The translations under genes and the position numbers were made by a program. A stretch of 64,000 nucleotides of DNA from Spirulina sp. GTDB taxonomy: Bacteria; Cyanobacteriota; Cyanobacteriia; Phormidesmidales; Phormidesmidaceae. The notes beneath the pieces were generated by a model. The model was not told the origin of the DNA. It saw only the letters and a list, made by a program, of their open reading frames with translations, and searched no databases. The stretch spans positions 1 to 64,000 of the forward strand of contig JBIPSI010000016.1 in assembly GCA_044070495.1 (NCBI GenBank). The letters run 5' to 3'. Every line of letters starts with the position of its first letter. Position 1 is the stretch's first letter. Shown here piece by piece: positions 20,599-29,269 of this stretch.

Positions 20599-21948
20599 CT
20601 ATTCGGCCAGGGTCTGCTGAATTAGGGCAAAGACGGCGCGTAGGGCCATGGCTTCACCGCCTTCGGGTCGTCCGGGCAGAGAGCGAGTGTTCCAAGCCAT
20701 CAGGTCGATGTGTACCCAGGGCAGGGTGGGCTTGGTGAACTCTTGCAGAAAGAGAGCGGCGGTGATGGCTCCACCGTAGGAACTGTCGGAAATGTTGGAG
20801 AGGTCGGCCACTTTGCTCTCAATCATGGCGCGGTAGGGGGCATGGAGCGGCAGTTGCCAGAGCGGATCGTCCACTTGCAGGCCACAGTGAATCAGGGCGC
20901 TGGCCACGGCAGGATCGTTGCAGAAAAAGGCAGGGAGTTCGGTGCCCAGGGCAATGCGGGCCGCTCCAGTGAGGGTGGCGAAGTCGATCAACAATTCCGG
21001 TTCCGGCTCTTCGCTAACGGCTTCCCACAGGGCATCGGCCAGCACCAGGCGACCTTCGGCATCGGTGTTGCCCACCTCTACGGTCAGCCCTCGGCGGGAG
21101 GGCACCACATCCAGGGGGTGGAGGGCGTTGCCGGAAATGCTGTTTTCCACGGCGGGAATCAACACCCGCAGCCGCACCGGAAGCTGAAGGCCCATGATCA
21201 TCTCCGCCAGACCCAGGACGTGGGCCGCGCCGCCCATGTCTTTTTTCATCAGCTTCATACCAGCGGCGGGTTTGATGTCGAGGCCCCCGGTGTCAAAGCA
21301 CACCCCCTTGCCCACCAGGGTCACCTGGGGATGATCCCCTTGCCCCCAGGTGAGGTCGATCAGCCGAGGAGCCTGATCGCTGGCGCGTCCCACCGCATGT
21401 ATGAGGGGATAGCCCTGGGTGAGCAGATCCTCGCCCCGAATGACGCGCAGTTCCGCCGTGTGGGTATCGGCCAGGGTTTGGGCGGCGGCCTCGATTTGCG
21501 CTGGCCCCATGTCTCCGGCGGGGGTGTTAATCAGGTTGCGGACGAGGGTGATGGCGGCGACGGTGTGGCGCACGTAGGCTTCGTCTGCCCCGGAGGGAGC
21601 CTGAAGTTGGGCAAAGGCTTTGGCCCTAGGGCGCTTGTAGGGGGTGAAGCGGTATTCCCCCAAACGCCAGCCCAGCCAGAGTTGGGTGGCCTGTTCCGGT
21701 GTCCAATCGTCGGCCAGGGCGTAGGTGTGAGGTGGCAGCACCGTGGCCAGGTTTCCCAGCGTCCAGGTATTGACCGGGTCAGACTTGCCCACCAACACCT
21801 TGGTTATATTCCCCCCCTCCCCCGGCACTAGGCAAACGGTGTTGGGATCGGCCTTAAACCCGGTGGCCTCTGCCCAGGCTTGGCTATCGCGATGCTGTTG
21901 GGCCAAGTCGGCAGCGGTAACGAGATAAATGGGGATGGGAGTAGACAA
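20599..21948 (-). CDS. M17 leucyl aminopeptidase (PepB-like)
   Basis: VGKGVCFDTGG, MKKDMGGAA, NTDAEGRLVLAD, ATLTGA. Confidence 0.93.
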   Translation of the reverse strand: MSTPIPIYLVTAADLAQQHRDSQAWAEATGFKADPNTVCLVPGEGGNITKVLVGKSDPVNTWTLGNLATVLPPHTYALADDWTPEQATQLWLGWRLGEYRFTPYKRPRAKAFAQLQAPSGADEAYVRHTVAAITLVRNLINTPAGDMGPAQIEAAAQTLADTHTAELRVIRGEDLLTQGYPLIHAVGRASDQAPRLIDLTWGQGDHPQVTLVGKGVCFDTGGLDIKPAAGMKLMKKDMGGAAHVLGLAEMIMGLQLPVRLRVLIPAVENSISGNALHPLDVVPSRRGLTVEVGNTDAEGRLVLADALWEAVSEEPEPELLIDFATLTGAARIALGTELPAFFCNDPAVASALIHCGLQVDDPLWQLPLHAPYRAMIESKVADLSNISDSSYGGAITAALFLQEFTKPTLPWVHIDLMAWNTRSLPGRPEGGEAMALRAVFALIQQTLAE

Positions 21949-22041
21949 GGAAAACCTCCGGAGGGACGCACCAGGATCCTTAGTCTATCGGAGTTTGGGG
22001 CTAAGGCAATGGAGATTTTGGGCCTTTCCAAAGCGGTCTGC

Positions 22042-23229
22042 CTAGGATGCGGTTTCGGTTTGCCAATAGCGATAGCTGCTGTAGGCCATGGTGATCACGC
22101 CCGTAACAATGGCCGATTCATCCACTTCAAACTTGGGGTGGTGGAGGGGATGATTAATGGCCCGATCCGTGAAGCCAACCCCCAGGCGAAACATGGTGCC
22201 GGGGGCATGTTCTAGGTAGAGGGCGAAGTCTTCGGCCCCCAGGGAGGGTTCGTGGATGAGTTGGAGGGCTTGATCGCCGAGGGATTCGCTGACGCAGCGG
22301 GCCATCAACTCGGTGAGAGCAGGGTCGTTAATCACCGAGGGAACGCCCCGTCGATAGGTGATTTCGTACTTAGCTCCGTAGGGCTGGCACACCCCGGCCA
22401 CAATGGTTTCAATCCACTGGGGCAGGTGGTTGCGGGTGTCGGGGTGGAGAGAACGCACGGTGCCGGAGAGCTTCACCGTGTCGGCGATCACGTTGGGGGC
22501 GCGGCCACCGCTGATTTGGCCAATGGTGAGGACGATGGGGTGCAGCGGATTTTGGGTGCGGCTGATCGACTGCTGAAGGGTGGTCACCACCTGGGCGGCA
22601 ATCCAGATCGCGTCGATAGCTTCGTGGGGGCGAGCACCGTGGCCCGATTCGCCGATGATGGTAATGTCCAAATCGTCCGCCGCCGCCGTCAAGGCTCCGT
22701 AGCGAATGCCGATGGTGCGGGCGGGCACCGAGGGGTAGGCATGGAGGCTAAAAATGGCGGAGACATCGGCCATTACCCCATCCTCAATCATCCAGCGGGC
22801 ACCCTGGGCGGTTTCCTCGGCGGGCTGAAACAAAAAACGCAACGTCCCCGGCAGGGGCACCCCCAACTGAGACAGCACCATCGCCGTCCCCAGGCCCACG
22901 GTGGTATGCACATCGTGGCCGCAGGCGTGCATCATGCCCGATTGGGTAGAGGCAAACTCCAGATCCACCCGCTCAGGAATGGGTAGCGCATCCATATCGG
23001 CCCGAATCGCCAGGATTTTGCTGGGGTCTTGCCCCGCCAGTTCCGCCACCACCCCAGTTTTGCCCACCAATTCCTGCACCCGCAACCCGCAGGAAGACAG
23101 CACCCCCGCCACGTAGGCCGCTGTTTTATACTCCTGACCACTCAGTTCCGGGTGGCTGTGCAGGTGGCGACGAATTTCAATCAGGCGAGGGGTCAGCGTT
23201 TTGGCAAGGGTCTGGATTTCGCGCAGCAT
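22042..23229 (-). CDS. M20 family amidohydrolase
   Basis: RADMDALP, MHACGHD, FQPAEE, AEDFA, LHHPKF. Confidence 0.93.
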   Translation of the reverse strand: MLREIQTLAKTLTPRLIEIRRHLHSHPELSGQEYKTAAYVAGVLSSCGLRVQELVGKTGVVAELAGQDPSKILAIRADMDALPIPERVDLEFASTQSGMMHACGHDVHTTVGLGTAMVLSQLGVPLPGTLRFLFQPAEETAQGARWMIEDGVMADVSAIFSLHAYPSVPARTIGIRYGALTAAADDLDITIIGESGHGARPHEAIDAIWIAAQVVTTLQQSISRTQNPLHPIVLTIGQISGGRAPNVIADTVKLSGTVRSLHPDTRNHLPQWIETIVAGVCQPYGAKYEITYRRGVPSVINDPALTELMARCVSESLGDQALQLIHEPSLGAEDFALYLEHAPGTMFRLGVGFTDRAINHPLHHPKFEVDESAIVTGVITMAYSSYRYWQTETAS

Positions 23230-23321
23230 AGCAGAGGAGTGAGGCGTGTTTCCCTAGGATAAGGAATCTGCGCCGCCGATGCACAGATTCCATGCCGTGG
23301 GAAATCTATTGGCATCTATTG

Positions 23322-23342
23322 CTAGGGCGGGCACCGCCCACC
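23322..23342 (+). repeat. GTAG-type REP-like palindrome
   Basis: CTAGGGCGGGCACCGCCCACC; related copies at 23732-23752 and 33552-33572. Confidence 0.7.
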
Positions 23343-23345
23343 ACC

Positions 23346-23379
23346 GAGGAAACTATGGTCTAGAGGAAACAATGGTCTA
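23346..23379 (+). repeat. 17-bp tandem duplication
   Basis: GAGGAAACTATGGTCTA followed by GAGGAAACAATGGTCTA. Confidence 0.85.
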
Positions 23380-23395
23380 AACCTGACCCTAAAGC

Positions 23396-23689
23396 CTAAA
23401 GCCCCGCCGCCTCTAAAAACCCTTGCATATCCTGCCAAGACAACCCCTGGTGCAGATAGCGGGGTTGATCAGGATTGTATGGCCCCGCCAGAATGTCGAT
23501 GGTTTCGATAGTCGCGTCTTCGGGCAACACAGGTACATCGGGGTCAAAGGCGGTGGGGCGCACCAACGAGCTAGAAAACCCCCGGAAAATCAGAATTTCA
23601 TCCACCTCGCCATCCACCCTAGCCACCACCCGCAGCACCGCCTGGGGATGCCGCAGGGTGTATTGTTCGAGGCGAAAACCAGGGGCCAT
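23396..23689 (-). CDS. Conserved cyanobacterial hypothetical protein
   Basis: RLEQYT...IFRGFSSSL..PTAFDPD...GPYNP motif. Confidence 0.85.
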   Translation of the reverse strand: MAPGFRLEQYTLRHPQAVLRVVARVDGEVDEILIFRGFSSSLVRPTAFDPDVPVLPEDATIETIDILAGPYNPDQPRYLHQGLSWQDMQGFLEAAGL

Positions 23690-23752
23690 GGGGGAAGCGG
23701 GGAAGCGGGAGTCAGGAGTCGGGAAACGTTGGTAGGTTGGGCACCGCCCACC
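23690..23752 (+). repeat. Heptamer array (GGGAAGC/GGGAGTC-like) plus REP-like palindrome
   Basis: GGGGAAGCGGGGAAGCGGGAGTCAGGAGTCGGGAAA followed by GTAGGTTGGGCACCGCCCACC. Confidence 0.75.
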
Positions 23753-23809
23753 ATCAGGAAAACCCTGTTTGAGCCAATAATGTTCTAGAAGAATGTCCTA
23801 GAAGTCGCC

Positions 23810-24403
23810 CTAGTTCATCGCTTGACGCCCCTGCTTGCCCAGGCGCACAAACACAAACCAGGCCAAACAGGCCAGATAAATCACCAAGCCAAGGATACCG
23901 AAGAACCCCAGGAACCCGTGGGTATAGCCCGCATGGAAGTAGGACTTATACAGCAAAGGTGGCTCTAGCCAGATTTGGCAATCGGCGGCGGCAAAGCGGG
24001 TATTGGAAAAGGCGCAGGGCAGGAAGGGAATCAGCAAGGCCGCACCGAGGATGTTGTAGATCGTCACCGACCAACGCCATGCGGAGAAGGCAAACTTGAG
24101 GGGTGATCCCGGCTGCTCGCGGATTTCTTCGTTGAGATCCACCCAAAACCACAGGCTGGCGGGGATGAGCACGCGGGCCATCAGGGCGCTCAGGAAGCTC
24201 ATCCCAAATCCGCCGATCATCAGATAAACGGTGATCATCAGCAGACTGCCCACCTTCCAATAGATAGTGGTGAGGTGCTGGATGGACTCGTTTTTTTGCA
24301 CAAAGGCCCAGATCAGCAGCACCAGGGGCAGAAACACCGTAAACAGAACCGCCAGCCTGTAATCTAGCCAAACCACGGTGCGTAGCAAAGAGGGATCAAA
24401 CAT
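23810..24403 (-). CDS. DUF3177 family membrane protein
   Basis: VWLDYRLAVLFTV, YWKVGSLLMITVYL, SLWFWVDLNEEI. Confidence 0.9.
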   Translation of the reverse strand: MFDPSLLRTVVWLDYRLAVLFTVFLPLVLLIWAFVQKNESIQHLTTIYWKVGSLLMITVYLMIGGFGMSFLSALMARVLIPASLWFWVDLNEEIREQPGSPLKFAFSAWRWSVTIYNILGAALLIPFLPCAFSNTRFAAADCQIWLEPPLLYKSYFHAGYTHGFLGFFGILGLVIYLACLAWFVFVRLGKQGRQAMN

Positions 24404-24432
24404 ACAGTAGGCCAGGGTCTAAGGGCGAAGGA

Positions 24433-24924
24433 CTAGGGGCAGTAGAGGGTGTCGCGGGTTTGGCGTCCGGTAACGGGGTTGGTGCCGGTGGCCACATCGC
24501 AGAGGGCCGCGTTCACCCTAGGGGCTAGCAGCACATCAGTGAAGTCGGCTCCATCGATAGTGGCCCCACGAAAGTCAGTATCAAAGGCGTAGGCCCCTTC
24601 AAGGATGGCATTTGTGAGGTTGGCCTGCACGAGACGCGCCCCATCGAGGGTGGCTCCCGTGAAGTCGGCCCCTTCCAAATTGGCCCGCGCCAGGGTGGTA
24701 TCAAACAGGCGCACCCCGCGCAGGTTGGCGTGGCTGAGGTCGGCATCGGCCAGGTCGGCACGGGTATAGTCGTTGCCGCGCAGGTCTTGGTTGGAGAGAT
24801 CGGCCATGCGTAGGTTTTGGCGATCAAAGCTGGTGGCCTGGGCCGGACTGATCCAGCCCAGGCAGGCCACCACCACTAGGGCCAGGGTAATCACAAGACG
24901 ATGAAAACGTAGATAACTCACCAT
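24433..24924 (-). CDS. Secreted pentapeptide repeat protein
   Basis: Signal peptide, A(D/N)LxG repeats, C-terminal LC...GTNPVTG..TRDTL.C. Confidence 0.92.
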   Translation of the reverse strand: MVSYLRFHRLVITLALVVVACLGWISPAQATSFDRQNLRMADLSNQDLRGNDYTRADLADADLSHANLRGVRLFDTTLARANLEGADFTGATLDGARLVQANLTNAILEGAYAFDTDFRGATIDGADFTDVLLAPRVNAALCDVATGTNPVTGRQTRDTLYCP

Positions 24925-25107
24925 AGGTTCCGCAGGGCGTAGACGGGAAAAGCTATCGATGGCCGCAATTCACAAGGGGTAATGGATAAAGGGCCATGGC
25001 TCAAAACTATTCAACCACAATCCGGGACGGGGATCGGCCTAGACCGGGTGGATGGCCCGTGGGGGCGCTATGCTGGGGGCGACGAGTAGGCTCTGGGTTG
25101 AGCGGCT

Positions 25108-26763
25108 ATGGCGATGTGGATTTCTCCATCCCGATGCAAACGCTGGTTCCGATACCTGGGTTTTGGCATGGGCTTGGTGCTGTGGGGGGCGTGGCTGGGG
25201 ATGGGGGGTGTAGCCCTAGCCCAAAATGGCGCAACGGAAACCGCCGCTGTCTCCCTAGAGAGTATTTTTTTGTTCGATGTCCCCGGATCGGCGGAACTGA
25301 CGGCCTCGGAACGGGCGGCGGCGATTGAGACCAACCTCACCCCCCTGCTGGATCTCGATGAGGTGCCCCAGGTGCGGATTCAATCTCGATCTCCCCAGGA
25401 CGAGGAGGACGCAGCCAGTCATCCGGTGATCTTTGCCAACGACCGCTACATCATGACGGTGACCCAGGCGGATGCGGAGGTGGGCCGCGCCAATACACCC
25501 ATGCAGCAGGCGGAGCGCTGGGTGGTCACCCTCAACCAAAGCTTAGCCCAGGCCCAGGCCGAACAACGGGGCGACTTTTTGCCCAAGGCCCTAGCCCGTA
25601 CCCTAGCGGCCCTAGCCGTGGCCTTGGTGATCCATGCTGGGGTGGGCTGGCTGGGGCGGCGCTGGCTGTTGCCCCTGGTGTCTCAGTTGGCCCTAGGGGG
25701 GCGGGAAGTAGAAAACCGAGGCACGGGCCTAGGGCTGCTGGCGCGGGCCATGCTGGTAGTAGTGCAGGGGGTTGTGTGGTTTAGCGCCATTACCTACGTG
25801 GCCAATCTCTTTCCGGTAACCCGCCGCTTTAGCTATTTAGTGGGCCGCAGCCTCACCGATGGCCTCTTTGCCCGTAGCTTTGTGCTGGGCAGCCGCGCCT
25901 ATTCCCTCCTGGATTTGCTGCTGTTGCTGGCCACCCTGCTGGCCCTGGTGATTGCCGCCAACACCGCTACCAACCTCTTGCGATCACGGGTGCTGCGGGT
26001 GGCCGGAATTAGCCTCGCCGCCCAGGAAGCCATTGCCGCCCTCAGCAAGTACACCCTGATTTTGCTGGGCACCGTGGTGGTGTTGCAGATTTGGGGCATC
26101 GACCTCAGTTCCCTTGCCCTGATTGCCAGCGGCCTGGGAATTGGGATTGGCTTTGGCCTCCAAGGTCTGGTCAGGGATTTTGTCAGCGGCCTCGTGCTGG
26201 TGTTTGAGCGACCTGTGCAGGTGGGGGATTTTGTGGACTTTGGGGCCGTAAAGGGCACGGTGAACCGCATTGGATCCCGCAGCACCGAGATTCGCACCCT
26301 CGATCACGTTTCAATCATTGTCCCCAACTCACGTTTTCTAGATCAAGAAATCATCAACTGGAGCCACGGCAACCCCATTTCCCGCATTCGTCTGCCCGTG
26401 GGGGTGGCCTACGCCTCTGATCCGATACAGGTGAAGCAGGTGTTGTTAGCGGTGGGGCGTCAACAGGAGGAAGTGTTATCGACCCCCTCGCCCCAGGTCT
26501 TTTTCCTAGGGTTTGGAGACAACGCCCTGCTGTTTGAGCTACTGGTGTGGATTACCCAGCCCCACCGACAGCTCGTGATTAAAAGCGATCTGTACTTTGC
26601 CATCGAAGCCAGCCTCCGCCAGCACGGCATTGAAGTACCTTTCCCCCAGCGAGACTTGAACCTGCGCACCGGTACCCTGCCCCTAGACCTCAGTCCAGAG
26701 ACGAAGCAGTGGTTTCGACAGTTGGCCCAAGACCCCAACGGCACCCCCGACCATCTGGGCTAA
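25108..26763 (+). CDS. MscS family mechanosensitive channel
   Basis: GIGIGFGLQG, ERPVQVGD, IIVPNS, GIEVPFPQRD. Confidence 0.93.
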   Translation: MAMWISPSRCKRWFRYLGFGMGLVLWGAWLGMGGVALAQNGATETAAVSLESIFLFDVPGSAELTASERAAAIETNLTPLLDLDEVPQVRIQSRSPQDEEDAASHPVIFANDRYIMTVTQADAEVGRANTPMQQAERWVVTLNQSLAQAQAEQRGDFLPKALARTLAALAVALVIHAGVGWLGRRWLLPLVSQLALGGREVENRGTGLGLLARAMLVVVQGVVWFSAITYVANLFPVTRRFSYLVGRSLTDGLFARSFVLGSRAYSLLDLLLLLATLLALVIAANTATNLLRSRVLRVAGISLAAQEAIAALSKYTLILLGTVVVLQIWGIDLSSLALIASGLGIGIGFGLQGLVRDFVSGLVLVFERPVQVGDFVDFGAVKGTVNRIGSRSTEIRTLDHVSIIVPNSRFLDQEIINWSHGNPISRIRLPVGVAYASDPIQVKQVLLAVGRQQEEVLSTPSPQVFFLGFGDNALLFELLVWITQPHRQLVIKSDLYFAIEASLRQHGIEVPFPQRDLNLRTGTLPLDLSPETKQWFRQLAQDPNGTPDHLG

Positions 26764-26932
26764 GCCTCAATAAAGATGCAGATTTTCTTGAAAATACAGA
26801 GCGCTTTTTGAAAAGTTAGCTAGAATTACGTCCGTAATTTCAGAGAAATACCAGGATCCTTAGATCCTGATCATCCCCGCAAATGCAAGCTGGCGGGATT
26901 TCTCTAGTGAGGAGTATAGGGAGCGATTTCTT

Positions 26933-28147
26933 ATGAAGCTAGCCTGGCCGAGTCACCGCCTCCATCGTTGGTCAAGGCGGCTTATATCCTACCTGTCCTT
27001 TGCCCTGGCCGCCTGTTTCCTGGCTATCAACCTATCGGTACCAGCCGGGGCGGTAGCCCCAACGGCGGTTGAACATGCCATCACCCCCACGCAGGAGTTT
27101 CAACTGCCTGGGGAGGCGATTCTGGCCCAAACCGTCAATTTCCAGCGCGATGTCCTGGTATTCAACACCCCCACCTACGCCGTGCGGGTCTTCATTCCTG
27201 CTAACCAGACCGCCGCTAGAATGAACGTCTTCCGGCGCACCTCTCCCACGGAGCTAGAGCTAAATGGTCAGCCCGCCACCTTTTTGGGGGCCGTGTCCTC
27301 CGATGGCTTTTTGACCTTTGAAAGCTTCGGTTCTCGCTTCGGGCGCAACGTGCGGTTTCGGGCCAGCCACAACCGAGGCACCCAGCAGGCTCGCCTAGAA
27401 ATTTTGGATGCCTCCAATAGCCAGGTGATCTTTACCGAATTTGCGGGCGGCGTTAGTGCCCCCCAAATGCCAGAGGCCCCCGTCACCGGAGCCCTAGAGC
27501 GCAATACGATTCTCGGCTTCGAGACCCAGAACTATGCGGTGCGCGTGTTCCGCGATCCAGCGGACAACCTGCGCAAGATGAACGTCTACTTCAAGCCAAC
27601 GGCCATCACCGTCGTCAATGGCCAGGTGGCTACGGCAGAAACCTCCGGCACCATTCCGGGGTTTGAATGCTGGATTTCCTACTTTGGCGGTAGCCAATAC
27701 CAAGGTACCCCAGCCCGCTACCATGCACGGGTGAATGCCGGTGGCCGCGCCGTTCTCGAAGTGATTGGCACCAACGGAGCCTTGCTGCTGTCGGAACCCC
27801 GCATTAACACCGTGCCGCTGACGGTGAATGTTCCTACGGAAGACCGTCCCAGTTGCTTTGAGGGCGGTGGCGTTTCCAGTGGTGGTTCCTTGGCTCCCTT
27901 TGTTGCCGCCGTCTTTGGCGAACAACGGGAACTCGATGCCATTCGCGCCCTCGTTGCCCGTGATGGTGCCACCCCCCGCCGCCTAGACACCTGCAATGTC
28001 TCCCCCCGCTTTGAGAGTGCCCGCCAAGGGCAGTTCATCAACGCCGCCGAATGCACCGAACGCAACCAGGCCGAAGCCATGGTGAGCTACCTCAGGAGCC
28101 AAGGGTTTAACTCTCGCTTGGTCTATCGCAACTTTAGGTACCGCTAG
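26933..28147 (+). CDS. Secreted hypothetical protein with a duplicated domain and SPOR-like C-terminus
   Basis: FNTPTYAVRVF...RMNVF versus FETQNYAVRVF...KMNVY; signal peptide. Confidence 0.8.
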   Translation: MKLAWPSHRLHRWSRRLISYLSFALAACFLAINLSVPAGAVAPTAVEHAITPTQEFQLPGEAILAQTVNFQRDVLVFNTPTYAVRVFIPANQTAARMNVFRRTSPTELELNGQPATFLGAVSSDGFLTFESFGSRFGRNVRFRASHNRGTQQARLEILDASNSQVIFTEFAGGVSAPQMPEAPVTGALERNTILGFETQNYAVRVFRDPADNLRKMNVYFKPTAITVVNGQVATAETSGTIPGFECWISYFGGSQYQGTPARYHARVNAGGRAVLEVIGTNGALLLSEPRINTVPLTVNVPTEDRPSCFEGGGVSSGGSLAPFVAAVFGEQRELDAIRALVARDGATPRRLDTCNVSPRFESARQGQFINAAECTERNQAEAMVSYLRSQGFNSRLVYRNFRYR

Positions 28148-28193
28148 ACGCCCTCGGCATCAGCGACACTCCTAGGTAGCGCTGCCATCAACA

Positions 28194-28231
28194 CAAAAGC
28201 CCCAGGTCATACCAATGGCCTGGGGCTTTTG
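28194..28231. terminator. Bidirectional intrinsic terminator
   Basis: CAAAAGCCCCAGGTCAT-loop-ATGGCCTGGGGCTTTTG between convergent genes. Confidence 0.8.
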
Positions 28232-28239
28232 GTGACGTT

Positions 28240-28293
28240 AGGTAGCGGAAGTCTCCGGCCACGGTGGCGGATTCCACGCTGACCCGTTCGCCC
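28240..28293. repeat. 54-bp direct-repeat copy of an internal pmbA segment (32283-32336)
   Basis: 52/54 identical; core GCGGAAGTCTCCGGCCACGGTGGCGGA(T/C)TCCACGCTGACCCGTTCGCCC. Confidence 0.95.
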
Positions 28294-28413
28294 AAACCTG
28301 ACCCACGGTAACGTAACCCCGTTTTAGCAGGTCAAGACCTGACTCTGGGGATAATCTAACCTGAGTCCGGGTTAAAAAACTCAGCAGCCCTCATTCTACC
28401 TGGATAATTCTTG

Positions 28414-28821
28414 TCATGGCCTCATCTCGATGGGCAGCACAGCAAGAACGAAGTCACATAGGCTCTCGGCTAAGGCCAGGGCTTGTTCAAATTCCTGCTG
28501 ACTCGGCACTTGAAGCAGCCCAGGGTAACGGTATATCTGGGCATAGGGCGTTAGTTCTGACCCTGTATCCGTCCATGAGGAAAAATCGGGATTGTAGGCC
28601 GTTGCTGCTTGCAGCAATAGCTCAATATCGTGGGTGCGAGGAATGTCGTGGTCACAAACGGCTAAATATCCTTTGACGGCTTTTTCTGCGGCTTGTTGGC
28701 AGTGGTAAATCGCTGTGTCTAACAGTGGTGGATGGGCCGTAGAAAGTACCCGCGCCGATGCCAGATCATGCTGTGCCTTGGTTAGCCAACTCTGCACTAG
28801 TTGAGTCTTGGCATCGGTCAT
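28414..28821 (-). CDS. HEPN domain protein
   Basis: WLTKAQHDL, HCQQAAEKAVKG, PRTHD, YRYPG. Confidence 0.9.
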   Translation of the reverse strand: MTDAKTQLVQSWLTKAQHDLASARVLSTAHPPLLDTAIYHCQQAAEKAVKGYLAVCDHDIPRTHDIELLLQAATAYNPDFSSWTDTGSELTPYAQIYRYPGLLQVPSQQEFEQALALAESLCDFVLAVLPIEMRP

Positions 28822-29125
28822 ACAGCACGTTTCCTTGGTGAGCGACTTTGTACTCTAGGGAGGCTGGGGCTTCTTTCCAGAAGTCAAATTCTGCACGGGT
28901 TCTCACGATAATATCCTTGGCAATGCCCAGCCCGCTCAGGCAACGATGCCCCAGGACGGCCCGCTGGTAGGGAGAAAGGTCGCTGTCGGACACCAGCACC
29001 ATTAAGTCAATATCGCTATCTGGGGTGGGGTTTCCCCAGGCATGGGAGCCAAACAAAATTACCTGCTCTGGCTGAAAGGTCGCCACCAGTCGCCGGATGA
29101 TGTCTTGGATTAGGTCTTCGCTCAT
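28766..29125 (-). CDS. Minimal nucleotidyltransferase (MNT), partner of the HEPN protein
   Basis: VILFGSHAWG-PTPDSDIDL motif; ATG 29125. Confidence 0.9.
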   Translation of the reverse strand: MSEDLIQDIIRRLVATFQPEQVILFGSHAWGNPTPDSDIDLMVLVSDSDLSPYQRAVLGHRCLSGLGIAKDIIVRTRAEFDFWKEAPASLEYKVAHQGNVLYDRCQDSTSAELANQGTA

Positions 29126-29269
29126 GCGTCCTATGGTATCTCGCTGGGGGGAATGCAGCGATACCTGATGAATCCATCCGTCTCGTGAATAAGAAGAAAG
29201 GTGTGATTTGGCGGCTGGGATGGGTACCCTAAGAAAGAAAGACCTCACACGTTACAGGCAGGGGTTTCG

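Noticed and set aside
20710..21831. 373-aa + strand ORF opposite the M17 aminopeptidase
   Set aside because: Antisense shadow of a GC3-rich gene, with no recognisable motifs.
28240..28293. pmbA copy as a DGR template repeat or CRISPR spacer
   Set aside because: The two mismatches are not both at template adenines on one strand, there is no reverse transcriptase, and there are no flanking repeats.
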